Shown piece after piece: positions 51,562-64,000 of a stretch of 64,000 nt of DNA. The position numbers and the translations under genes are program-made. The stretch covers positions 45,012,001 to 45,076,000 of the forward strand of contig NC_043007.1 in the NCBI RefSeq assembly GCF_006345805.1, in the 5' to 3' direction. The DNA is from Octopus sinensis. Lineage: Eukaryota. How positions within the stretch are numbered: position 1 is the stretch's first letter; every line of letters starts with the position of its first letter. The notes under the pieces are model-generated. The model was not told the DNA's origin. It saw nothing but the letters and a program-made list of their open reading frames with translations, and ran no database searches.

Positions 51562-53363
51562 TATAAACAATAAATTAAATAGAGAGAATCAATTGACAAT
51601 CCAACAATTTATTTATATTAGAATATAACATAATATACTATGAATATAATATAATATAATATAATATAATATAATATAATATAAGATAACATAAAAAGTT
51701 ATTAAAAAAACAAAAGAGCCAGCAATTTTTTTCGACTTATATATATTATTTGATTTATAAACTATTCATATAAATTTATATATGTCTCTTCAGAGCTTTG
51801 GTTTAAAAACAGACGAAATTCCTTATGAAAGGACGGCTGGATTATAAAAGCGAAATAATTCAAATGCCTATGTTTATGAGAGTGAGCGTTAAATTTTTAA
51901 TTACATAACAATTACAATAAAAAAAACCCAACAAAATTATAACGGACAAAATAATTAAATAAATAGAATCTGTAGCTATCGAAATATATATATATATATC
52001 TCAAATAATATAAATCCAAATTCATTTAGGTCGTAGACAATCTTTGACTATTCTAATAACATACAACAGCAATATGTCTGTCTCCTACGATTTAGATTCC
52101 TAACTACTCCCACATTTTGCGGTGTAGTTTAACCAAAACCGGGTATCTTATAGTCGTGATTCATATCTAGCCCTTCTGTGTATTAGCGCGCGTCTACAAT
52201 GAGTCTACGATTTAAAAAAAAATTACCATAATTTTTTCCCATTTTAATGCATTTTTTCGCTATTATATAAGGGAAGTAACTCTCCAAAAATGTCTACGAT
52301 GAGTCAACGATTTAAAAAAAAATTACCATAATTTTTTTTCCATTTTTAATGCATTTGTTTGCTATTTTTTGGCTATAACTCTCTAAAAATGCTTATATAG
52401 TTATTTCCCTTACAAACCCGAGCAACGCCGGGCGATACTGCTAGTAAGTATATAAATTAAGTATCAGGGTCTTACTTAATTTAGAGACGGTACTAAAACG
52501 TGTAAATGAATATAAATGATAATATAGTATTATAGTGGTAATAAATGACGACTTTTCTCTTTTATTGATATAAACAGAGGAAAAATGTGTAAAGTAACTA
52601 ACAAAAAAGTGTTCTTTATTTACTTAGTTTATCGGAGGGAGAATTTCGTAATAAATATGAAGAGAAACCTAGAGCTACAATAATTACAACATATATTATC
52701 CCATATATATAGAGTTAAGCTATAATAATGTATATCAAAATATCACTAATTTTTCAGAAGTTACCATATTTGTAGTTACTTAAATAAGGATTACTCAGAG
52801 TAACTAACGAGTAAATGTCCCTATATATGTATATCAAAGAAGGGAGAACTCAGTGAATAAAATAAAGTAAGATAAGCGACAACAAGGATTGTGTACCTAT
52901 CCACAATAAGATCTAATCATTATTTTTTTTATTAAATAAAGAACTATAAATTGTATATATCCAAATTTTATCAATTCTTTCAGCAGTAACAAAATTATAT
53001 TTTGTCCGTTATAATTTTGTTGTTTTCTTTTTAATTGTGTATGTTATGTAATTGAAATTTTAACACTCACGCTCATAAACATAGGCATTTGAATTATTCT
53101 TTTTTACAATCCAGCCATTCTTTCACACGGAATTTCGTCTGTCTTTAAATCAAAGCTTTGAAGAGACATATAAATATATATGGATTGTTTCTAAATCAAA
53201 TAATGTATATGAATCGAAACAAATTGTTGGCTCTCTTGGTTTTTTAATAATTTTTTATGTTATCTTATATTATATTATATTCATAGTATATTTATATTAT
53301 ATTATAATATTAATAAATTATTGGATCGTCAACTGAATCTCTCTATTTAATTCATTGTTTATA
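51562..53363. mobile_element. Old inverted repeat (~390-bp diverged arms), each arm carrying a decayed HHR; PLE-like
   Basis: About 51562-51955 is the diverged reverse complement of about 52995-53363. HHR motifs at 51717-51797 (minus) and 53154-53232 (plus). Confidence 0.75.
52075..52446 (-). mobile_element. Non-autonomous Helitron-like element nested in the inverted-repeat spacer
   Basis: Reverse complement of 58542-58940; begins TACTAGCAGTATCGCCCGGCGTTGCTCGGG. Confidence 0.55.
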
Positions 53364-53439
53364 TATATATATATATATGCATATATATGATGGACTCTCC
53401 CGTCGAAGACGACGTAACATCATTGAACATTTTGCTGAA

Positions 53440-54380
53440 CGATCTGTAAAAGTTCCCGCAACTTCTGCAGCGCCATTAGTGAAACGTGTGGTCGAGCATT
53501 GTCATGAAGAATGATTGGCCCTCTTCTGTTGACCAGTCTGGGACGGAGGAGTAGCAGTTTTTCGTTCATTTTGGAAATCACATGGCAATATATTTTTGCA
53601 GTAATGGTTTTTCCGAGTTTTAGACGTTATAGTGGATGAGTCCAGCAGTACATCACCAAACAGTCACCATAATCTTCTTTTTGAAGAGCTCGGGTTTAGG
53701 GAAGGTTTTCGGTGCTTCATTTTGGTCCAGCCACTGCGAAGAATGTTTTTTATTATTGTACAGAATCCATTTTTCATCGCAAGTTACAATATGGTCGAGA
53801 AATGGATCGGTCTGGTAACAGAGAAGAAACGATGATCAAATTTCATTTTCTGATTTTCATTCAAATCGTATGGTACTCATTTGTCGAGCATTTTTGATTT
53901 TCTGATCGCATGCAAATGGTTGCAGGCTGTTTTCTGGCTAACTTGAAGTTCTTTTACCAGTTCTCGTGTGGTTTTACGTGGGTCGTTCTCAATGACGGTC
54001 TTTAATTGACAGATGGGCGTCTACTACGCTCACGATCTTCAAGACTCAGGTCTCCACTGCGAAATCGATTAAACTATTTTTGAGCTGACCATTCACTGGT
54101 CATTTCCTCACCAAACGTTTCGTTGATATCGCGAACAGTTTCAGCTGCTTTACATCCTCTTTTGAAGTTGAATAGCAAAATTGCTCGAATATCGCGCTTT
54201 GACATTTTCATTTCAGATAATTGTAACAACGGTGAAAAAAATATCAGTGTTAATTTATCGATGCGTTTGAGAAAGTCTATGTCTGTATTATTAGACAATT
54301 GCAAAAGATGTTTGAAAAGATTCAAATCCGGTACAAATTCTTCATGGTTCAAAATGTTGCTTACTTTTTACTCAACCTGA
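53440..54380 (-). mobile_element. Decayed mariner transposon
   Basis: MSKRDIRAILLFNFKRGCKAAETVRDINETFG (HTH), *VPYDL (WVPHEL-like) and ILHDNARPH; many stops and frameshifts. Confidence 0.85.
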
Positions 54381-55403
54381 TATATATACACATATATACA
54401 TGCCGTTAAACTATTCATTTATGTTTATTGCTAGTATGATTTTCTCTCACATACATCAGTTGCCGAAATGATGAAGTTCACGATTTTTACTCCGTTTAGA
54501 TACAAAATTTTCAAGGGATTTTATCGGCAATGCCATTCGTATATGAACCAAAGTAAATAACGTATCTTCAGTAAATTCTTCAGACTTTCCGCATTCCTGG
54601 CCATAAGACAAGAAGATGAATCGCAATTATTATACGTGGGATTGGTAGTAACTTTTACGCTGCAGGCTCACCAGTAATTTAATAGAATATAATGTTGAGC
54701 AAATCTTGAACAATGAAATATAAAAAGTTTTTATTGTCTTAACTTAATAAAATATAAAAACAATTTATATGAAGCATTATGTATTATTAAAGTCTATCTT
54801 AAGTATATGGAGTTTTTATTACATCCACGTCTTTTAAACATTCTATTTTCAGGTAATTACTTTTAATATAATTATTTTTGACTGCACAGATGCATTAGTA
54901 AAATTTAATATAATTCATAATCACCATTTAAACAAAATCATAAATCATATTTTTCGAGAACCTCACAGTCATTTCGAGTAGAAGTTGGAATTGTCCTTCC
55001 ACATGTAGATAGATAATGCCATCAACGAAGATTTAAAAAAAGAATGGTGAAAAGAAAAAAAAATTTTCTTAGCCATGAAGCGTTGTCATAACCATTATCT
55101 GCGACCAAAATAGCATTGAAAGAAATTGCAAGAAACAAGTTTTTTTTTTCCTATGATGGATAGCTTCGGATTTACTGTCTTGCATATTATAAAGAGTTTA
55201 AACCAATCAATCAGTCTATCCATCAATCAGTCCCTCTGTCTTCCTGCCTACCTATCTACCTCTCTTTCTGTGCTCAGGAAAAATAATATATCTTGAATTT
55301 TTTACGTGTCATTTCCATTACAGTATGTTTTATATATATACATATATACGTATATTTGTACACACGCACCCTCCTCCTGCTCCTCGCTCTCCCCCCTCTC
55401 TCT

Positions 55404-55440
<37 letters not shown>

Positions 55441-56109
55441 CACACACACACACATACACACACACACACACATATATATATAAACAAATGCATATAATAT
55501 GTGTGTGTGTGTAATTGTGATAGTTAGAGAGAACAGTTGTCGTCATTACAAAACCATTGTACTTAAAACACATTCCCACGTGCGCATTCACAGACACAAA
55601 GAAAGGTTAAGAAAGAGGAAGAGAAGGATAAAGAGTAAAACAAAGTATATATATATATATATATATGGGGGGGGGCTAAGAAGATATATTTTAATAGTTC
55701 CTTGTGTTTGAATGAGTAGGTATGAACAAGTATTTGTTAATCAAAATGAAGAACGAATTAGGTCGTGGTGAGTGGTCATGACGTTAAGGATGCGTAGCGT
55801 ATTAATATTTAATTAAATTAAATGAAGATAACTATCCGATGATGCAATAGTTATGGACAAGTGGTGATGTGACGTTATTAGATACTAATATAATGGTAAT
55901 AAGTTAGCAGATCTCTAGAGTGTCAGATGGAATTCCTTCATTATTTTGCCCTGACTCTGTACTTTCTGAGTTCAAGTCCAGCTGAAGAATCAACTTTGCT
56001 TTCCATTTTTCTTTAGTGGGGAACTCATACAAAGTGCCAGTTAAGTACCGGGATCACTTTAATAGACTGATCCTTCCCTCCAGCTCTGTGGGTTTGCACC
56101 TATGAAAGA

Positions 56110-56190
<81 letters not shown>

Positions 56191-58541
56191 ACATATTTAT
56201 CATTCTTATGCAGGAATGTTGACTGTGACTTCGTGGTTTAGGCCAGTTAAGCCATCACTGGACTGGCTTAACTACTTGAAACTTCGAAGTCACTGTCAAC
56301 AACATTCTCTTCTATAAGAATAATAAATTTGTTCTCTACAAAAGTATAGAGTAACCCATCGGATTATTGTAAAATTGTTTTATTGTATACACACATACCA
56401 CACACAAAACACATACGCAACATCTACATACACGCACACACATACTTACTCACTCACGCACATACTTCAAACTTCCAGTCAAACACCTTTTTACTGACCA
56501 TTCCTCTACGCACATGTGAAGAGACACACAACTACACAAACGATCACCACTCCTGTTACCGTGCTGCTGAATTCTTCCTACGTTAAGAGACACAAAGTTC
56601 ACTCAGACATACACGTATAAACAGCCAAAATCACACAAACACCACATACGCAACACATACACACACACATGCTATTACACACTTACACACACACACACAC
56701 ACACACATACACAGACCTGCGCGCACGCACATACCCACGCAAATTTGGCTTCTGTGGGATCTGAAGTAAGCCAGTTTGTCCGCCGTTCTACTGTTTCAGC
56801 AAATTATAAATGGGAGAGTAACACATTTAATTTTCGATTGGAATTTGCAAATGTCTGATTAGGAAAACGTCTATGTTCTGTCTTTTCAGTCTTGTTCACC
56901 GTGTATTCTGATCCGATTGAAGTACTATCCTCTCTGTGTGTCGTTTCTATCACTACCCTGGTACCCCAATCCGTCGGGGATGGCTTGTCTCTCACCTCAA
57001 ATTACTGAAGCAACCTTGATCCAATGCTGTTTCCACTCTTCGCCATTTTTATTGTATCAAACTCTTGTCTCCTGCTTCTCATGAACGACTGTCTCCACAT
57101 CCTCATACTCTGAACATCACCTATGTGGAATGCTTTCTCTGCCCATGCCTTTCCTGCAACTCTAAACCTATAGATTAAATAGCGCAATAGTTTAAACGGC
57201 ACATTACCGTTCTCACTGGTCTCGGAGAGCCTGAAAATATTATGGGCTCTATAAACTCAGCGAGTAGAAAGAAAACAATTGCCATGAAGCAAATGAAAAC
57301 TGCCTACCCTTCCCTAAAAAAAAATGGGTTCAGGGCAGTTCTCACGTTGGATTTGATAGAATTCTTAAAGTCGCAAAACGTGTTCATGCAGAATGGTAAT
57401 GGTTCTCTGCGTGCATCGCAGACATGTTAACAGACAAAGCTAATGCACCTGCTGTGCTTAACCCGAACCGACAATAACTCTCCTTTCAGTAGCACTCCAG
57501 TATCATGAACAATTTCTGGAAATCGTCAATAATAATAGCTACTGTAATTTGGGGAGAACAGGACAGTCGACCCAGTGCATGATTGGTACTTTATTTTATC
57601 TACTCTAGAAGAATGAAAGGCAAAGTTGGCATTTGTTAGAACTCATAACGCAAAAACCAGAACAAATGATCAAAGATATATTGTCAGACGGTATAAACAT
57701 TCTGCCAAGTGTTGAAGCTATAAAGATAATTTGTTTATACTGAACGTCGCTTAATTTATCCCTTTCTCAGTTTTAATGTTAGAACAAAGACCGAGAGTGT
57801 TTGGAATTTTGACATTTTCCAGAACAAAGTAGAATAAAAACTGGATGTCTACCTAACTGAACGCTTCCAAGACTAAAAGTAGACGTAAAAAGATTGAGGA
57901 AAAGATATATTCGCGCCATAGCACAAAATAGACGATACGCTGTCTTTGACTATAAGAGTCTCTGTATAGGGAATATATAAATATTTACTGTTTTACTATT
58001 TTACTGGTATTGTTCAAATGAATTAGTCAAAACAGCAAATAAAGAAATAGCAGTCAAAAAATGCACCAATCAGAATGGAAGAAATACGATATCGCTCTGT
58101 TGTTGATTTTGGATATTGTGTGTGTTTAACAAAAATAATCAAGAAATGAACAAAACAAAATATAAGGGGATTAACGAATCCAGAGAAAAAAGAGAAATCA
58201 GTGTAGAAGGAGGAAATATAAAATGAAAATTAGAATTGGAAAATTAAGAAGTACTTTTATTGAATATATTATTCAGTAGAGTAACAAAAACAGTTCAGCG
58301 CCGGAAAATTTTTTTTTATATACAATGGATTTAAAAGACTTCCTTTACGGTTTCAGTTCAAAAGTTTGCTTACACATTGGCTAGTATTCAGCGTCATGTA
58401 TTACGGACGCTTAAATACACCGAAGCACGTTATGATTAGCACAAGAGTATATTTGTTAACATATTGGTATGGACAAAGGGATAGTGGATAAGATAGTGAT
58501 GGAAAGAGTATGAGATAATTATGAACATCAATATATATATA

Positions 58542-58927
58542 TCTACTACCAGTATCGCCCGGCGTTGCTCGGGTTTGTAAGGGAAATAACTATATAAGCA
58601 TTTTTAGAGATGTAAAGTATAATAGCCATCTCAATATGGCTAACCACAAAGGGGGGAGGGGTGTTACTGTAGCTTTTTACGTTCTGAGATTTAATAATAA
58701 ATTTTTAGAGAGTTACTTCCCTTATATATGCCAAAAATGCATTAAAAAGTGAAAAATTGATGGTAAATTTTTTTTTAAATCGTAGACTCATCGTAGACGC
58801 GCGCTAATACCCAGAAGGGCTCGATATGAATCACGACTATAAGATACCCGGTTTTGGTTAAACTGCAGCGCAAAATGTGGGAGTAGTTAGGAATCTAAAT
58901 CGTAGGAGACAGACAGCACACAACCTC

Positions 58928-58940
<13 letters not shown>
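58542..58940 (+). mobile_element. Non-autonomous Helitron-like element
   Basis: 5' TCTACTACCAGTATCGCCCGGCGTTGCTCGGG with a short subterminal inverted repeat, and a microsatellite-like 3' end. A related element with the same 5' end starts near 59120. Confidence 0.55.
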
Positions 58941-58974
<34 letters not shown>

Positions 58975-59065
58975 TTTATGTGCGCATGTATACATGCATA
59001 CGTAAAAATAAACTCACACATATACATTTATATATATATATATTCACATTTTATACACACACTCG

Positions 59066-59117
<52 letters not shown>

Positions 59118-59571
59118 TATACTAGTAGTATAGCCCGGCGTTGCTCGGGTTTGTTTTTAGTTGCGCTTAAAACGGCAGACTTTGATCTCGCGTTAACGAA
59201 GTTTTGACATAGTTTCAATCTTTTTTGAAAAGCAAAAATTTTGCATTATGTAGCTTATTGTTCATCTTAAGTAAACATTTTCTGGTTGAAATACACCGAA
59301 AAATGGCGACAGAGCATTCAAAAAATCGTAAAAAATAGGGATGTTCATAGAAAAAAGCCCTTTTTGATGTAAATAATTTTTGGTCTTAACATGGTCCGAT
59401 TTGAATTTTTTCTTCTACGGAATGAAGAGCAAGCCTTCTTCTATCATAGTCTCAATTTTGGTCAACTTACGCCGCAGGGTCTCGGAGGAGATAGTGTTAG
59501 TTGAAGGCTACCAAACCTGCCACACACACACATACACACATACACACACACACACACAGACAACTTCAGCT

Positions 59572-59619
<48 letters not shown>

Positions 59620-59660
59620 GTGAGTTTATTTTTACGTATGCGTGTATACATGCGCACATA

Positions 59661-59693
<33 letters not shown>

Positions 59694-59810
59694 TGACATT
59701 CATAATTATCTCATTCTCCTTCCGTCACTCTCTTTTCCACTTTCTCATACATATGTCCATGCATACATATGTCTATGCATATATATTTATCGTTGTCTCC
59801 TTTCTCTCTC

Positions 59811-59850
<40 letters not shown>

Positions 59851-59925
59851 TCCCGGGTTGAGTCGGGGTTAACCACAGTAAATAAGGTACTCAATACATA
59901 GCAGAGTAAATTAATTTATTATATA

Positions 59926-60033
59926 GAAGGAGCTTCTACAGGACTAGAACTGTTTCATTCAAAAGAAATCATCAGGAAGCTTCCTGATGATTTCTTTTGA
60001 ATGAAACAGTTCTAGTCCTGTAGAAGCTCCTTC
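59926..60033. repeat. Perfect 108-bp palindrome with no spacer
   Basis: 59926-59979 is the exact reverse complement of 59980-60033; centre AAG|CTT. Confidence 0.97.
59978..60028 (+). ncRNA. Type I HHR (mirror copy on the minus strand at 59931-59981)
   Basis: AGCUUC-CUGAUGA-U-UUC(UUUU)GAA-U-GAA-ACAG(UUCUAGUC)CUGU-A-GAAGCU: 6-bp stem I, 4-bp stem III; predicted GUA cleavage after 60022. Confidence 0.8.
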
Positions 60034-60043
60034 CATATAATAT

Positions 60044-60111
<68 letters not shown>

Positions 60112-60112
<1 letters not shown>

Positions 60113-60500
60113 GGCGTTGGTGTGGCTGTGTGGTAAGTAGCTTGCTTATCAACCGCATGGTTCCGTGTTCAGTGCCACTGCGTGGAACCTTGGGTAAGTG
60201 TCTTCTACTACAGACTCGAGCCGACCAAAGCCTTGTGAGTGGATTTGGTAGACAGAAACTGAAAGAAGCCCGTCGTCTATATGTATATGTATATATATAT
60301 GTGTATGTGTGTTTGTGTGTTTGTATTTGTCCCTCCCAGCATCGCTTGACAACCGATGCCAGTGTGTTCACGTCCTTGTAACTTAGCGGTTCGGTAACAG
60401 ACGCCGATAGAATAAGTACTAGGCTTACAAAGAATTAGTCCTGGGGTCGATTTGCTCGACTAAAGGCGGTGCTTCAGCATGAAACAAGTAAAAGAGTAAA
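60112..60500 (+). mobile_element. tRNA-derived SINE with internal microsatellite (family D), full length
   Basis: GGCGTTGGTGTGGCTGTGTGGTAAG...GTTCAGTGCCACTG...GTGAGTGGATTTGGTAGACAGAAACTGAAAG-(TA/GT)n-...CTGGGGTCGAT; partial copies near 20455, 23160, 23370, 23630, 32215, 34020 and 48670. Confidence 0.85.
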
Positions 60501-61150
60501 AGTGTCTGTACGTATGTATATATATGTATATAGACATACATATAAATATATACATTATATATATATATATGTATATATATATATGTACATATATGCATAT
60601 GTTTATATATATGTATTTATATACATACATATGTATATATATATATGTGTTTATGTATGTATATGTGTATATATATATATCTTTCTATCTATCTATCTAT
60701 CTATATACATATATATATACATATATATATATATAGATATATATATTATATATATATATATATATATATTCTATATGCATGTATGCATAACATATATATA
60801 CACCGGGGAAAGGAGAGCCTGTGAGAAAGAGAAAAACTTGAACCTTCCATACAGAAAAAGCTCCAGGACAAGTTTCACATTGGAAATTGTTTGTTGCAAT
60901 GCTTCAACACTTGAGCCAGAGTAGTCAGCTACTTCAGTCAATCAGAGTGTCCTTGATATAATTACGTCAGTAATAATTTATGTCATCATAGTGACTGTTG
61001 CATAAAGACGTCATTATGACGGAAATAACGTACCTATTGTTGCGTCACTCTCTCTCCCTCTCTCTCTCTGTATGTGTGCGTGAGTATATATATATATATA
61101 TATGTATATATACTTATATACATATATTTATATACGTGTGTGTATATGTA

Positions 61151-61197
<47 letters not shown>

Positions 61198-62260
61198 ATA
61201 TATATAACACACAGACATAAAAATATATATAAACGCGCACACGTGGACATATATATATAATTGTAATATACATTATGTTTAAGTGTAGGAGTAGCTTTCT
61301 CTTTTTCTCTATCTATCTATCTATCTATCTATCTCTTTTTTTTGCCCACGCATTTTTCTTTTGATGCTTGCTCCTTATTCTCAACAATCCAGTTATAGAC
61401 TTACTTTCTCGTTTACAAGATTAAAGCATTTTATACGACGGAATAATAACCGAAGTTTACTATTATTAAACTTCGTAGCAATATCTTTCATGGATACAGG
61501 AGATTTATGGTTCGATTTCCGCGGGCATTTTTTTTCTATCTAAGTGGATTTTAACCGATCATATTACACGTTGTAGTTTATAGCAGCTGTATTGGCTAGG
61601 AAATGTACCATTAAATCTTTTATTTACCTATTTCTCAATGCTTCTACGTTTATAATCAAAATGTAAGCACCAATATTTCATTACTTTTATGACGTTTGGT
61701 TACTGTATTGGGATAAGTTTACACATACACACACAGATACACGAACGCACTCGCGCACACACACTGACACAGATAGATACACACACACACGTACACACAT
61801 ACGTTTGTAGTTTACTGTTCCGTTAAGATTAACAAAAAAATTCCTCCGTCCAGTGAGAGATAATTATCATTTAAAGTACACTGTATTAAAATAAGAGCCG
61901 CTCATAGTTTCTTGTCATTGAGACACGTGGTTAAGCAGGTTAGGCAGATTTTTTATGACATGCCTTGGGTGTCAACGGTAAGAAGCTATTACTAGGTCTT
62001 TATTCTAATACAATGTAATGCAGTGTACATTAAATGGTATATACGAGGTCTGATCAATAAGTATGCGGACTGTTGCCATAGTAACGAAGCTAAAGCACGC
62101 AAAGTAAAGCCGCTTATTTCTTTATTGCCCACAAGAGGCTAAACATTGAGAAGACAAAGAAAGACAAAGGGATTATATATATATATTTATACATATATAT
62201 ACATAAACACACACATACGTAAACTAAAACAACTGCTACTAGTACTATCACTAAATCTCA

Positions 62261-62336
<76 letters not shown>

Positions 62337-62699
62337 TTGATGTATGTTGACGAGGTTAAGTGTTTTGGCGAACGGTTTAATGAAGTTCCATGTCGTTTAT
62401 TACAACGAAAGTATTCAAAACTTAATGAATGCAGGTTAGATAGTTAATCACATCTATCTATTTCTTTCTCACTCCCTTTCTCTTTCCATTTTCCCCCTCG
62501 ATCTATCTATTTCTTTCTCTCCCTTACTATTTTTCTCATTATTACTCTTGCGTGCATGTATGTACTTGCACGTATGTGCATATATATACGTACACACATA
62601 TGCACATTATAGCCACATATATTAGGCGTATATGAGCATATAAACCTACCTACCTACCTACCTACCTACCTAGAATATTCGATAGTAATAGTGGCATTG

Positions 62700-63003
62700 T
62701 GGAGGCACATGGCCTAGTGGTTAGCGCAGCGGACTCGCGGTCGAGGCATCGCGGGTTCGAATCTCAGACCGGACGATGTGTGTGTTTATGAGCGAAAGAG
62801 CTAAGCTCCACGCGGCTCCGGCAGAAGGTGACGGCGAACTTCTGCTGACTCTTTCGCCACAACTTTCTCTCACTCTTTCCTCCTGCATCTTGCAGCTCAC
62901 CTGCGACGGACCGGCGTCCCGTCCAGGTGAGTAACCTATACGCCAAGGAAACCGGGAAACCGGCCCTATGAGCCAGGCATGGCTCGAGAAGGAACAAACA
63001 ACA
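62700..63003 (+). mobile_element. tRNA-derived SINE (family B)
   Basis: GGAGGCACATGGCCTAGTGGTTAGCGCAGCGGACTCGCGG...GGGTTCGAATCTCAGACC. Confidence 0.85.
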
Positions 63004-64000
63004 ATAGTGGCATTATTAATAATAGCATTTATGGTAAAAGTAGTTGTGGTGATATTTACCAGAGAGCCAGAGCACCTGAACTACGGCGTACGAGAAGCGC
63101 CAAAGAAGAAACGAGTAAGTATCACGACCCCCATTTGACCAAAGCACACATTTGAACCAAGTGCACCAGAGCTTGTCATTCAATGATTGGCTTACATAGG
63201 TAGCTGCGGGTTTACCGCTCTTTCTCATACATGATCTTCGGACACGAAAAGCTGCCATCACAGCTGTAGTAACAGTATAGCAGGTATTTGTAGTCGTAGT
63301 AATTCTAGTTGCGGTAGCGATGGTAGTAATATTTGTGGTGGTGGTTTAAGGCAGCGAGTTGGCAGAATCGTTAGCCCGCCGGGCAAAATGATTAGCAGCT
63401 TTTTATCTGTCCATACGTTTTGAGTTCAAATGTTACTGAGATGAGTTTGACTTTCATAATTTCGAAATCGATAAAATAAGTACCAGTTGAGCACTGGGGT
63501 CGATGTAAGTAACTTATCCCTCCCCCAAAATTGCTAGTCTAGTGCCAAAATTTAAAAACACTATTTGTGGTCGTGGTGTTGCTTTAGAATTAGCTGCAGT
63601 AATAGTAGTTGTAATGACAGTAGTAATGGCGCAGTCGTTAGAACGTTGGGCTCACAATCATAAGGTAGAGAGTTCCATTCCCGGACCGGGCTGTGTGTTG
63701 TGTTCTTGAGCAAGACACTTTATTTCACGTTGCTCCAGTTCTCTCAGCTGTAGAAATGAGTTGCGACGCCACTGGTGCGAAGCTGTGTTGACCTTTGCCT
63801 TTCCCAAGGGTAACAACAGTGGCGTGGAGAGGGGAGGCTGGTATGCTACTGGGCTTCCATAAACAATTTTTCCCAGACTTGTGCCTCGGAAGGTAACTTT
63901 CTAGGTGCAATCCTATGGTCATCCATGACCGAAGAAAGGTTTTTTTTACCTTAGTAGTAAAAATTATTGAAATAGTTTTAATGATGGTTACAGAATAAAC

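Overview
AT-rich, microsatellite- and SINE-dense animal DNA; the repeat families and composition suggest an octopus/coleoid cephalopod (inference). It holds one intact protein-coding sequence, an intronless class A GPCR of the vasopressin/CCAP-NPS/GnRH receptor superfamily (16122-17540, minus), plus decayed transposons: an R4/Dong-type LINE, a Buster-type hAT, Tc1/mariner elements, Helitron-like elements, MITEs and four tRNA-derived SINE families. The main unexplained signal is about 15 type I hammerhead ribozyme (HHR) motifs from at least 7 unrelated sequence families. Most sit in paired inverted repeats, including a 737-bp near-perfect palindrome with an intact HHR in each arm and a spacerless 108-bp palindrome encoding a complete HHR on both strands. 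One family joins a tRNA-derived Pol III head to an HHR tail. A Penelope-like GIY-YIG remnant points to Penelope-like elements (PLEs) as the mobilising machinery. Ribozyme calls come from manual motif and helix reading; no activity was tested and no database was searched. SINE boundaries are approximate.
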